A DNA stretch of 64,000 nt from a virus (IMGVR_UViG_3300009553_000019:32001-96000), one strand, 5' to 3'; counted from the stretch's first letter, positions 55,501-64,000 are shown. Translations and numbers: made by a program. Notes: generated from the letters alone by a model not told the origin.

Positions 55501-57686
55501 TGCAGCAAGATCATAAATGGTTGAATGCTGGAGCTACTAAGAAGTTCACCTTAGTTGATTCCCCAAAGAAGCTTCATTGGTTGTTTTCAGTATTAGGGAA
55601 CTCATCTGACACCTCAGTAGATATTGAAACCAACCACCCCACTTCGGATAGTGCTCCCAAGTTTCCCCGATCTGATGTAGTAATTGGTGGTATGTCGTTT
55701 AGTTGGGCAACCAATGAAGCTGCATACCTACCATTGTATACTGGTATCGATAAGAACACTACCTGGAAGGATCCCAGGGTTTTCAATCTTGTCAAAGAGA
55801 AGCTGAGGAATTTTTTAGAAGACGACAATAGCGAGAAGAGTGGTCAGAATTTTAAGTTCGATATGACCTGGATTTGGGAGGTTTTGAAGATAAAGGTAAG
55901 AGGTTTTACCTTTGACACCATGCTGGCTCATCATCTTTTGGATGAGGAAGGCATTCTGACTTGTCGTCATGGCTTAAAACCCATGGCTGCGTATTACCTA
56001 GATCCAAAAGCAAATCAGTACGAGCAAGATCTACAAAAAGCTCTTGAGTATTACGACCCAAAGTATAGACGGTATACAGCAATCCCCACTGATATTCTGT
56101 ATCCCTACGCTTGTGGCGACGCTGATTACACTAGACAGCTTAAACCAATCTTCTATCAGCAGATGGAGGAACAGGGGTTATTAGATCTATTTTACGATTA
56201 TACGATGCAAATCCAGCAATCAACGATGCTGGCAGAAATTGCTGGATTGCCAATCGATTTGTCACGTTTGGATGAACTTGACAAGTTTTACATCAATCGT
56301 AAAGCTGAGCTTGAGCTTCAAATTCATGAAGCTGCTGGTCAGAAATTTGATGTTACTAGCCCACAGCAACTTGCAGACATTCTCTACAACAAACTAGGGT
56401 TACCAATACAGAAGAGTAAGAAAAACACTATCACCACAGATAAGGAAGCTCTTCAAAATCTAAAGGGGCAGCATCCAATCATTGAGTTGATGATTGAGTC
56501 TAGATCCGTTGAGAAGCTTCATGGGAGCTATGTCATTGGTATCAGAGATCGGTATGATGAGAAGACTGTCAGAATTCATCCTCGATTTTTGATTCATGGT
56601 ACAAAGACTGGTCGACTTGCATCTGAGGATCCTAACGTTCAGAATATGCCACGACCAGAAAATGGCGGAACTCTTATTAAGAGTATGTTTATACCACCGG
56701 CTGGGTTCAAGCTTATAACTGCAGATTATTCTCAGATCGAGCTTAGAATAGCTGCACATGTTAGTAAAGAACCTGCCTGGATCTTAGCATTTAAAAATGA
56801 CGAAGATTTGCATTCAGCGACTGCTAAAACCTGTTTTAAGCTTGATTGTGATGTTGACGATGTAAAGAAGTTACATGCGCCAATTAGGACAAAAGCGAAG
56901 GGAGTTAACTTTGGGGTACTATACGGTAGTACGGAGTATGGTCTAGCAGAAAGCCTTGGTATTTCTGTTGATGAGGCAAGGGAGTTCTTAGCCAACTACT
57001 TTAAAGGCTTGCCGACTCTAGCAAACTGGATTGACAGTACCCACAAGATGTCAGTCGAGTTGGGTTATGTTGTTAGCCCTATTGGTAGAAGAAGGCGATT
57101 GCCAGATGCACAGTTGTGGGTACCACCTAAGGTTTACAAACCACAAGGTGCCCCAAAGTGTTTTGGGGATACTAAAGAGAGTCCTTCAGTTCCATTGTTC
57201 AAAGAGCATTACAATCGTATTGATCTTAAAGAGTCTCTACCAATGTTTCAAGAGACTTCGATATTTCAGCAGCAGACTAGCTCTTTAAGAAACAGGAAGT
57301 TTGAGAAGTGTCAAACCTGTCCATTGATTGGTCAGTGCATATTAGCAGTAGAGCAGAATCGACGGAAGAGAAAAGTCGATGAAGCTATGCGGCAGGGACC
57401 AAATGCAATCATCCAAGGTTTTGCTTCTGACCTTGCCTGTAAAGCGTTTACTGACGTCATTGTTGAAGCTAAGCGTCATGAGATACCTTTGGTATTGAAA
57501 TCTGAGGATGGTGATGGTATTCAACCTGCATTGTTGGTTCATGACGACATAGGATTTTTCGCGGCAGATAGATATGTAGAACCAGCAACCAGGCTAATTA
57601 AAGACACCATGGAAAACGCATACCCAGAATGTCTCGTACCCTTGATAGCAGAACCAGCAGTATCTGAAAGATGGTCAGACAAATGA
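55500..57686 (+). CDS. polA: Family A DNA polymerase (3'-5' exonuclease + polymerase)
   Basis: ExoI DIET, ExoII NFKFD, ExoIII YACGDAD; TGRLAS..PNVQN, motif A ADYSQIELR, motif B RTKAKGVNFGVLYG, motif C LVHDD. Confidence 0.95.
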   Translation: MQQDHKWLNAGATKKFTLVDSPKKLHWLFSVLGNSSDTSVDIETNHPTSDSAPKFPRSDVVIGGMSFSWATNEAAYLPLYTGIDKNTTWKDPRVFNLVKEKLRNFLEDDNSEKSGQNFKFDMTWIWEVLKIKVRGFTFDTMLAHHLLDEEGILTCRHGLKPMAAYYLDPKANQYEQDLQKALEYYDPKYRRYTAIPTDILYPYACGDADYTRQLKPIFYQQMEEQGLLDLFYDYTMQIQQSTMLAEIAGLPIDLSRLDELDKFYINRKAELELQIHEAAGQKFDVTSPQQLADILYNKLGLPIQKSKKNTITTDKEALQNLKGQHPIIELMIESRSVEKLHGSYVIGIRDRYDEKTVRIHPRFLIHGTKTGRLASEDPNVQNMPRPENGGTLIKSMFIPPAGFKLITADYSQIELRIAAHVSKEPAWILAFKNDEDLHSATAKTCFKLDCDVDDVKKLHAPIRTKAKGVNFGVLYGSTEYGLAESLGISVDEAREFLANYFKGLPTLANWIDSTHKMSVELGYVVSPIGRRRRLPDAQLWVPPKVYKPQGAPKCFGDTKESPSVPLFKEHYNRIDLKESLPMFQETSIFQQQTSSLRNRKFEKCQTCPLIGQCILAVEQNRRKRKVDEAMRQGPNAIIQGFASDLACKAFTDVIVEAKRHEIPLVLKSEDGDGIQPALLVHDDIGFFAADRYVEPATRLIKDTMENAYPECLVPLIAEPAVSERWSDK

Positions 57687-57847
57687 TTAGAATGACTAGA
57701 GTTCGTTTAGAAGATTCAGTGATAAAGAAGCTTGATGCTCTGGTAAAGAAGCAAAATTTGTCATCGAATCTTGTCCAGAAATACCGCAAGCTAAAGATAA
57801 CTCGATCAGATGTGACTAGATATTTGATTGAATCAGGTTTAAAATGA
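57683..57847 (+). CDS. Ribbon-helix-helix-like small protein, 54 aa (not in the ORF track)
   Basis: MIRMTRVRLEDSVIKKLDALVKK...ITRSDVTRYLIESGLK*; ATGA overlaps at both ends. Confidence 0.6.
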   Translation: MIRMTRVRLEDSVIKKLDALVKKQNLSSNLVQKYRKLKITRSDVTRYLIESGLK

Positions 57848-58321
57848 TTGTTGGTATTACAGCTTCAAGACGGTTTAAATCAATTGACAGTCAATTGATT
57901 GATTCGAAAATTCTTGATTTGGTTATTGCTCCTAACGTAAATGAGATAGTTTTTGGTGGTGCTAAAGGTGGGGATACAATAGCGCTTAAAGCAGCTTTGT
58001 TACATCGAGCTGGTTTATATCGACCTGGAGCTAAGCCATCGATACCAAAATTAGTGGTTATTGTCCCTGACGTGGTCAGGTCTCAACCACCAGAGACGTG
58101 GGCAATAACTGAACGAGCTGACGAGGTTGTTGAACTGCATTTGCCAATTATAAAAGATGATGGTTGGCTAGCATATCGTAAGCGTAATGAAGCTATAGTT
58201 GATCGCTGCAATCGGATGGTTGCATTTTGGACCGGTAGTTATTAATTCAGGTACTTACCAATGCATCCGTTACACAGAGAAACAGAACAAACCTGTTGAG
58301 GTGGTTCGATTACAACCCTGA
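57844..58321 (+). pseudogene. SLOG/YspA-like protein interrupted by a +1 frameshift
   Basis: VGITASR, GGAKGGD, RNEAIVD, VAFWTG, then TAA at 58243; the +1 frame continues NSGTYQCIRYTEKQNKPVEVV, the expected family C-terminus. Confidence 0.7.
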
Positions 58322-58992
58322 AGCCAAAACTTCGAAAAAAGTCTCGTAAGTGGCCAAAATCTACAGTAGCGAAGATTATCTATCTTTGGCTACAAAGAGT
58401 AGAACTAGCTGGTGAACCATTTCCGCTTACTTATGCCGAGTTGTCAAATAGGATTAAACTTGGACTACCATTAGTTTTCTCAACAATTATTGAACTTGAA
58501 ACTGACGGGTTGGTTGGTAGGCGTCCTGATGGTGGGATCTATCCAATTAAAACACCTATTGGAGCAGTAATACCAATAGTTGAATTTCGTTGTCGTATTT
58601 GCGATTCACCAGAACATAATATTCTTACCTGTCCAAAAGTTGTTGATAAGAAAAAAGCTAAGCAAGCCAGGCTCGAGGCAAAAGAGAAGGCTAAAGCAGA
58701 AGCTGATAGATTGAAGCAACAAAAGCTAGCAGATCGATTAGCAGCGAAGCAAGCTAAAGCAGAAGCTGATAGATTGAAGCAACAAAAGCTAGCAGATAGA
58801 TTTGTGATTAAGGTAGACGACCAAAATCCTGTTTTCCAGAAGAGCGGTAAGTATTGTGGTTACTGCGCAGGCCTCTGTGATAGGCGATCAAAGCCTTTTT
58901 GTAAAGGTTGTAAAGAACCTTACGCTGAACGTGGTAAAGAAGAGCTTGAAGTTTACAAAATGTCGAATATTGCATATTCAGCAGAGTCATGA
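58309..58992 (+). CDS. wHTH + CCHC zinc knuckle + coiled coil + Cys-cluster protein; probable non-canonical start
   Basis: Frame open from 58300; ATT 58309 follows GAGGTG; CRICDSPEHNILTC knuckle; C-terminal CGYC..LC...CKGC. Confidence 0.5.
   Translation: MTTLKPKLRKKSRKWPKSTVAKIIYLWLQRVELAGEPFPLTYAELSNRIKLGLPLVFSTIIELETDGLVGRRPDGGIYPIKTPIGAVIPIVEFRCRICDSPEHNILTCPKVVDKKKAKQARLEAKEKAKAEADRLKQQKLADRLAAKQAKAEADRLKQQKLADRFVIKVDDQNPVFQKSGKYCGYCAGLCDRRSKPFCKGCKEPYAERGKEELEVYKMSNIAYSAES
58690..58797 (+). repeat. Two identical 45-bp direct repeats (63-bp period), in frame
   Basis: GCTAAAGCAGAAGCTGATAGATTGAAGCAACAAAAGCTAGCAGAT at 58690 and 58753. Confidence 0.9.
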
Positions 58993-59075
58993 AATCTACT
59001 GCTTTACAAGATTGAATTTGTTGTTGTTAATAAGATAGCAGATGAATCTGAACCTAAGGTAAAGACAGGTTAATA

Positions 59076-59687
59076 ATGCATTTTCACTATGATTCAGTGA
59101 TAGTTGATATCGATGGGACACTAACTATTGGAGAGAGGTTGGCAAGGAATGAACATTATGGCCAACACTCTGACTGCCCAGCTTGCCAGACAAATCTTTG
59201 TCTTAGAGGTTGTGGGAGAAACTTAGGGCCTTACGAAGAATGTTCATGTGACTTAGAACCCACTGATGCTTATGTAACTCAATCCAGGATTAGGTGGGAT
59301 GAGTTTTACAAAGCAGCATCAGCTGATAAACCACAAACAAAAGCTTTAGACTTTGTTACGACCCTACATGAAAATATTCGTAACTTTTACTATCTTACAG
59401 GTAGGCCAAGTGCTCAAGGTAGTGTGAATGTTCGACAGCTAACAGTGGATTGGCTAATTCAGCATGGTTTTCCTTTTGTTGGTGAGGATCGACTGTTGAT
59501 GCGGCCAGTTGATTCGTATGGCAAATCAAGTGAGGTTAAGAGGGAGATTTTAGTTCCCCTATTACCTCAACTTGGAAAGCATGTTTTAGCTATTGATGAC
59601 GAGGATAACAACCTCAAGATGTTTCACGAACTTGGCTTCACTACTATGAAGAGTCCTTATTGCTGGGAAAGAATTAGCTTGGTATAA
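59076..59687 (+). CDS. HAD phosphatase, T4 PNK 3'-phosphatase-like, with Cys-rich insert
   Basis: DIDGTL, TGR, LLMRP, K, IDD motifs. Confidence 0.8.
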   Translation: MHFHYDSVIVDIDGTLTIGERLARNEHYGQHSDCPACQTNLCLRGCGRNLGPYEECSCDLEPTDAYVTQSRIRWDEFYKAASADKPQTKALDFVTTLHENIRNFYYLTGRPSAQGSVNVRQLTVDWLIQHGFPFVGEDRLLMRPVDSYGKSSEVKREILVPLLPQLGKHVLAIDDEDNNLKMFHELGFTTMKSPYCWERISLV

Positions 59688-59688
59688 T
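59680..59688 (+). promoter_or_regulatory. Possible extended -10 promoter for dnaX
   Basis: TGgTATAAT flanked by TTAGCT/AGCTAA, 12 nt before ATG 59701. Confidence 0.4.
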
Positions 59689-59700
59689 AGCTAAGCTAGA

Positions 59701-60843
59701 ATGTTCCAAGCATCAGCAATTCGGTACAGACCACAGAGATTTTCAGAAGTTTTAGGTCAAGCGGCTACTGTCAGAATACTACAAAACGCTGTTTGTGAAA
59801 ACAGAATTGCAAACGCTTTTTTATTCTGTGGTCCTAGAGGGACTGGTAAAACATCTCTAGCTAGGTTGTTAGCTAAGGTTCTCAACTGCGACGATCTTCC
59901 AAGGCAGTTGAAAGAAGGGGTTAAAAAACCTGAGCCTTGTGGAACTTGCGGAGAATGTCAAGATCTAGTAAAGGGTGCCAGCACTGAAACGATTGAGATG
60001 GATGCAGCATCTCATCGAGGCATTGACGATGCTAAGGCACTTCGTTCAATAGCTGATCAGATGCCAAAGCCAGGCAAGTGGCGTATTGTCATATTGGACG
60101 AATGTCACATGCTTACGAACGAAGCACAAAACGCTTTACTAGCTCTATTTGAATCTCCACCAACTAGTTTTTTACCAATTCTTTGCACTACGGATCCACA
60201 ACAGGTAAAACCTACAATTAAGTCTAGGTGTCAGACTTACAATATCAAACCCCTTCCACCAATCAATGTAGAAGAAAGTTTGAAGAGGATTTTTGCTGAT
60301 GCTAAGCAACCTGTACAACAAGAGGTTGTAACATCGTTAGCAATTAGTTCTGAGGGTTCTTTAAGAGATGTGCAACAGGTAGCGGACCAGTTAATTGCTT
60401 GTGCTAATGGTGAGCTAATAGATTCTGAACTGTTTGAGGCAGTAACAGGTTACCCATCAATTCTGCTCTATAAACGAGTAGCTGGTGCTTTGATTGAGGG
60501 GATGTCTGATCCAGCCATCTGGTATGAAAGCGTTGATGAGTGGTGGAGAGAAGGGGTAAACTTCCACTCACTTTTCTATACAGTACTGACAACCTTAACT
60601 AGAGATTTTCGGATAGCTCTGGTCAGTAAGGGTAAATCAGCTCCGTGTGTACCTTATTGGAGTGGGATTCCCCACCAGGTGTTTGAAGATCGAATGACGT
60701 TGACTCATAACCATCTCGATGCTATGATTCAATCTTGGGACGAGACTGTTAAGATGTTTGGAAAGGTTTCTGAACGAGCGGATATAGAGGGTTGGTTTAT
60801 TAGAGCTTGGGATCAATGTAGATGGGAACAGAAACATGGATAA
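59701..60843 (+). CDS. dnaX: DnaX (gamma/tau)-like clamp loader subunit
   Basis: RYRPQRFSEVLGQ, GPRGTGKTS, zinc Cys (C...CGTCGEC), EMDAAS, LDECHML, TIKSRC, GSLRD. Confidence 0.93.
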   Translation: MFQASAIRYRPQRFSEVLGQAATVRILQNAVCENRIANAFLFCGPRGTGKTSLARLLAKVLNCDDLPRQLKEGVKKPEPCGTCGECQDLVKGASTETIEMDAASHRGIDDAKALRSIADQMPKPGKWRIVILDECHMLTNEAQNALLALFESPPTSFLPILCTTDPQQVKPTIKSRCQTYNIKPLPPINVEESLKRIFADAKQPVQQEVVTSLAISSEGSLRDVQQVADQLIACANGELIDSELFEAVTGYPSILLYKRVAGALIEGMSDPAIWYESVDEWWREGVNFHSLFYTVLTTLTRDFRIALVSKGKSAPCVPYWSGIPHQVFEDRMTLTHNHLDAMIQSWDETVKMFGKVSERADIEGWFIRAWDQCRWEQKHG

Positions 60844-61147
60844 GCGGGATAAAGAGATTGTAATTCATTCAATTGGTGGGTTGGTTTTTGGGGTGTTTAT
60901 TTCAAGTATCATATGGCATGGGTACGTTAGCAGTAACCAAATCACTCTGAATGGGAAAATCGATAGACAGAATTGGGAAATCGATTACTTGAAGGCGGAA
61001 CTGACTTTCAAAAATGAAATTAAGTTTGCTCTTGACAACAACATTCTAGGGTTTTCATGTCACGTAAATGAATGCTCTGGTATTCTTAACGATAAGCCAG
61101 TAGCATGGAAATGTACTTCCGAATCTTGCAAATTTGAGTGCAAGTGA
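60836..61147 (+). CDS. Membrane-anchored hypothetical protein
   Basis: N-terminal TM segment, Cys-rich C-terminus. Confidence 0.5.
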   Translation: MDKRDKEIVIHSIGGLVFGVFISSIIWHGYVSSNQITLNGKIDRQNWEIDYLKAELTFKNEIKFALDNNILGFSCHVNECSGILNDKPVAWKCTSESCKFECK

Positions 61148-61336
61148 GTGCGTCTTCCAACCCCGCTTCAGATACGTTGCCCAGTCCCAGTTTGTCGATT
61201 TGAGTGGATGAGATGCAGGGGTGGGACTCTGAAGAAATCTGGTGAGTTGGTCAGGAAGTACGTATGTCCTGCTTGTGGAGAAACAGAAATTGTGAAACGA
61301 TTCGAAGCAGTTCCAAACTTTAAAAAGAGGTTGTGA
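61148..61336 (+). CDS. Small zinc-ribbon protein
   Basis: CPVPVC...CPACG. Confidence 0.5.
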   Translation: MRLPTPLQIRCPVPVCRFEWMRCRGGTLKKSGELVRKYVCPACGETEIVKRFEAVPNFKKRL

Positions 61337-61584
61337 TGTCAGATCAGAAACCAACTAGTTTAGATGATTACAAGGCGAAAAAAGAGCAGGAGCATGCTAA
61401 TCGAGTCATTCAGCTGTTCAAGGATCATCCTGAGCTAGCTAAAGAAGCTATCGTAGTATATGCACCAGAAGGTGGTGAAGGTGTAGTGTTAGCACCAGAG
61501 CATCTTGGTACAACTTTTGTTGTGGGTCTGCTAGAAGCAGCTAAGTTTGGTATTCTAGCATCTTCAATGCAAGATCCTACATGA
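61333..61584 (+). CDS. Hypothetical protein
   Basis: GAGG RBS, overlap. Confidence 0.55.
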   Translation: MMSDQKPTSLDDYKAKKEQEHANRVIQLFKDHPELAKEAIVVYAPEGGEGVVLAPEHLGTTFVVGLLEAAKFGILASSMQDPT

Positions 61585-62561
61585 GCATTACTCAAATCAA
61601 GATGGATATCTCCTCTCCAGAGGAGCAGACTTTAACCATTCTTCAGAATGGTGTTGAGATCCAATACAACATGGTTCAGCTTCTTAGGTTTAGGGAAAAC
61701 CTAGTAGAAGAGATGGCCATGCATGCTTCTAATCAATCGTATTGGGAGCAATCCGCTATTGATCTTGAATTCAAGCGGATGGAGTTTGAGGAGAGTGGTT
61801 ATGCAATCTGGTGGACGCATGCTAGAAGATATGCTAAGTATTATGCTACTGCAGCCAATCTAAAAGAAACGCTGGAATCAGTAAAAGACTGTGTCATCTC
61901 GTTGTTTAGCGAGAATGTTCCTGAAGACGAGCGGCTAGTCCTAATTGAGGAATCGTTTCGAGGTTTCTTACTGGGAAAGCATGGCACACAAAAGAAGGTA
62001 GATGATTTTTACAGTGATGCTGAGAATAGGCAAGTCTATGCTGATGACTTAGCAAAGTTTACTCAGCACGCTTTGATGTTTCAGAAAGAGGGTTGGAGTT
62101 ACGAAAAGATCGAGGCTACAAAACGGAACCTGATGGAGATGGCTAAGCGGATGGGTAGGTTTGCATCAACCTACGGAGAGCGAGCTTTCAAGATGAAAGA
62201 AGTCGCTGATCATGACTTAGCTAAGTATGGAAACATCAGTTCTCAGAATCAGTTGAGTAGGTACAATACTCAAGAGAGTAGGCCACCAAGTAGGGCTAGT
62301 CAGCCTCCAGCGGATTATAGCCCATTACAACCTCTAGTAAATACCCCAACTGTAGTTTCAACACCATCTCAGAAAACTTTTTGTAACCTATGTGGTCAGC
62401 TTCAGTTTATGACCCCAGCTGGAATTACATGCCCTAATGGTCATGGTGGGGCTGACTCTTATCCTGATCCTTTTCAACCAGACGAAAAAGCTACGAATAA
62501 ACAAACCCCTCTTACGACAACTTCTAAACGTCGTATGAATATGCCAAAAGAAAACAAATAA
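61581..62561 (+). CDS. Helical protein, possible UvsY-like recombination mediator, with C-terminal Zn ribbon
   Basis: Long coiled helices, position before SSB-like gene and recA; CNLC...CPNGH. Confidence 0.4.
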   Translation: MSITQIKMDISSPEEQTLTILQNGVEIQYNMVQLLRFRENLVEEMAMHASNQSYWEQSAIDLEFKRMEFEESGYAIWWTHARRYAKYYATAANLKETLESVKDCVISLFSENVPEDERLVLIEESFRGFLLGKHGTQKKVDDFYSDAENRQVYADDLAKFTQHALMFQKEGWSYEKIEATKRNLMEMAKRMGRFASTYGERAFKMKEVADHDLAKYGNISSQNQLSRYNTQESRPPSRASQPPADYSPLQPLVNTPTVVSTPSQKTFCNLCGQLQFMTPAGITCPNGHGGADSYPDPFQPDEKATNKQTPLTTTSKRRMNMPKENK

Positions 62562-62591
62562 GCCCAATAAGGCGAAAAGAGAGAAGAGACA

Positions 62592-63722
62592 ATGGGACGA
62601 ACTATGAATATGCCTATCAAGGCAGACGTTGAAGATCTTAACAAGCAAGGTGGGGGTGGAAGCCGTTCAGCTAGCATTCTTTACGCGCCTTTGCCAGTTG
62701 GGCAGCATGCCACCACCAAGGTTGGTAACAAAATCTTCTTTGGACTTTTTAGCCCAGCAAAGTGGAGTCTGTTTCAACAGGACAACCACATCCTAAAGAA
62801 GGGCGCATTACCCGATGGGCTATGGACTTTTTATTTCAAGTTGGTGGGTCACTATGTAGATAGTACTGACTCACTCGGTAAGAATCGTTCACAGTTTATT
62901 CTCTGCCCTACAGAGACTAATAAGTATTTGGTTGATGTTTTGAAGTATCAACCACTCTTTAAAGATGGTCGATGTCGCTATTGTGAAGAAAATAAAGCCT
63001 GGTGGGCAAAGTTCGAAAATCGTTGGGCAACATCAAAACTTGATGGTTCCGCTCTCAATCCTGATCGTTGGGGTTATGATAAAGACACCTATAAGAAGAT
63101 TTTGTCACAAAATCCTGATTTGAATCAAATCAAGGATGAAGCAGGAAAGTGGCAAGCTGGACCACGATGGGTTTTCCAGGTTTTTGATATGGCTAAGTTA
63201 GCTCTTGAGCGCCCTTTTGATGAGGGTGAGAATCAAGTCGACTATCAGTTCTATCTTGGACCAAAGACTGTTTTTGAAGGGTTGAATAACCTAGCTGAAA
63301 ACGGAATTGCATTTTACGATGCAGATAAGCCTCAGCAAATACTTTTGACAAAAGACTGTACTGAAGGTGGTCCACGCCAGGCAAAGTATACTGTTTTGAA
63401 TCTTGGTCCATTGCCAGTTAATCCTGAAGAAATGGCTTATCTTCAGGATGATAACTCACTACCAGACATGCCCTGGGGAGCTCCATTTTCTGAAGGCACT
63501 GTTCTTTGTGTTCAAAGCTATGATGAGATGGTGTCATTCAAGTTTGGGGTTCCAACTTCAAGTCATCTCACTGCTCCAACCCCTACACAGACAGTTCAAG
63601 GTAATTCGAATGTTCAAGTAGGTGGTTCAGTAACTGCAGTTGATCAACCAGCTGTTCAACCAGTGGCTAGTACAACTGCAGGTGCTCAACCAACTCGTCG
63701 TCGTGGTAACAATTCTTGGTGA
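62592..63722 (+). CDS. Putative single-stranded DNA-binding protein (gp32-like)
   Basis: H...CP...CRYC zinc motif, W....RWVFQV, LLTK....QAKYTV OB-like pattern; upstream of recA. Confidence 0.55.
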   Translation: MGRTMNMPIKADVEDLNKQGGGGSRSASILYAPLPVGQHATTKVGNKIFFGLFSPAKWSLFQQDNHILKKGALPDGLWTFYFKLVGHYVDSTDSLGKNRSQFILCPTETNKYLVDVLKYQPLFKDGRCRYCEENKAWWAKFENRWATSKLDGSALNPDRWGYDKDTYKKILSQNPDLNQIKDEAGKWQAGPRWVFQVFDMAKLALERPFDEGENQVDYQFYLGPKTVFEGLNNLAENGIAFYDADKPQQILLTKDCTEGGPRQAKYTVLNLGPLPVNPEEMAYLQDDNSLPDMPWGAPFSEGTVLCVQSYDEMVSFKFGVPTSSHLTAPTPTQTVQGNSNVQVGGSVTAVDQPAVQPVASTTAGAQPTRRRGNNSW

Positions 63723-63736
63723 GTTGAGGTAATAAC

Positions 63737-64000
63737 ATGGCTGCAGCTAAAGCTCCTATCATTAAGGTTCCAGATTTTCATGAACGTATTCTATCGATTA
63801 CTAAGCATGTAGAATCTCAGGTGGAGGGAGCTTCGCTGCAGACTATGCACGGAGAGATCCCGAAGATTCCAGTGCTATCTTCGGGATCTCTTACTCTTGA
63901 TAGATGTCTTGGAGTAGGTGGGTATCCGTTAGGCAGAATCGTAGAAGTGTTTGGTCCTTACAGTGCAGGTAAAACCACACTTACATTGCATGCTATAGCC
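63737..64000 (+). CDS. recA: RecA recombinase (N-terminal part, truncated by the window end)
   Basis: [41 protein letters not shown]; GAGG RBS. Confidence 0.95.
   Translation, partial: MAAAKAPIIKVPDFHERILSITKHVESQVEGASLQTMHGEIPKIPVLSSGSLTLDRCLGVGGYPLGRIVEVFGPYSAGKTTLTLHAIA

Noticed and set aside
57099-57380. PolA insertion as an intein or intron
   Set aside because: No N-terminal Cys/Ser block or C-terminal His-Asn, too short, and the frame is uninterrupted.
58243-58245. Stop-codon readthrough or genetic code reassignment
   Set aside because: The conserved continuation is in the +1 frame, not in frame; TAA, TAG and TGA all end genes normally elsewhere.
58989-59073. Possible small frameshifted ORF (ATGAAAT...NLLLYKIEFVVVNK...)
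   Set aside because: Too short and without motif support to call.

Overview
64 kb of a large lytic myovirus-like phage genome. Essentially all genes are on the + strand, densely packed, in the standard code. (1) 1-17.5 kb is a contractile-tail baseplate module (spike, gp25-like, baseplate J, wedge) with two large beta-helix receptor-binding proteins. (2) 17.8-33 kb is an early/accessory region. It is punctuated by a conserved ~40-bp sigma70-like promoter repeat that mostly places the predicted TSS on the start codon (leaderless mRNAs). It carries an ADP-ribosylglycohydrolase, a DenV-like glycosylase, Pol X, a 5'-3' exonuclease, a GIY-YIG nuclease, an ATP-dependent ligase, an SNF2 helicase and three tRNAs. 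(3) 33-41.8 kb holds a hairpin-rich non-coding segment followed by a replication module (DnaC-like, DnaB-like, HU, GroES, primase, sigma-like protein, DnaN-like clamp, NADAR). (4) 42.3-55.2 kb is an expanded 7-deazaguanine cluster (QueD, QueE, Gat-QueC, a second QueC, a TGT/DpdA-like transglycosylase, FolE) interleaved with an extra radical SAM enzyme, two methyltransferases, KhpA and a tRNA(CAU). (5) 55.5-64 kb encodes a family A DNA polymerase with a Cys4 insertion and an HDD motif C, a frameshifted SLOG/YspA gene, a PNK-type phosphatase, DnaX, putative UvsY/SSB-like proteins and the start of RecA. The strongest candidate for a new system is the expanded deazaguanine hypermodification cluster and its possible link to the replisome. 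All annotation is by eye from motifs; no database searches were run.
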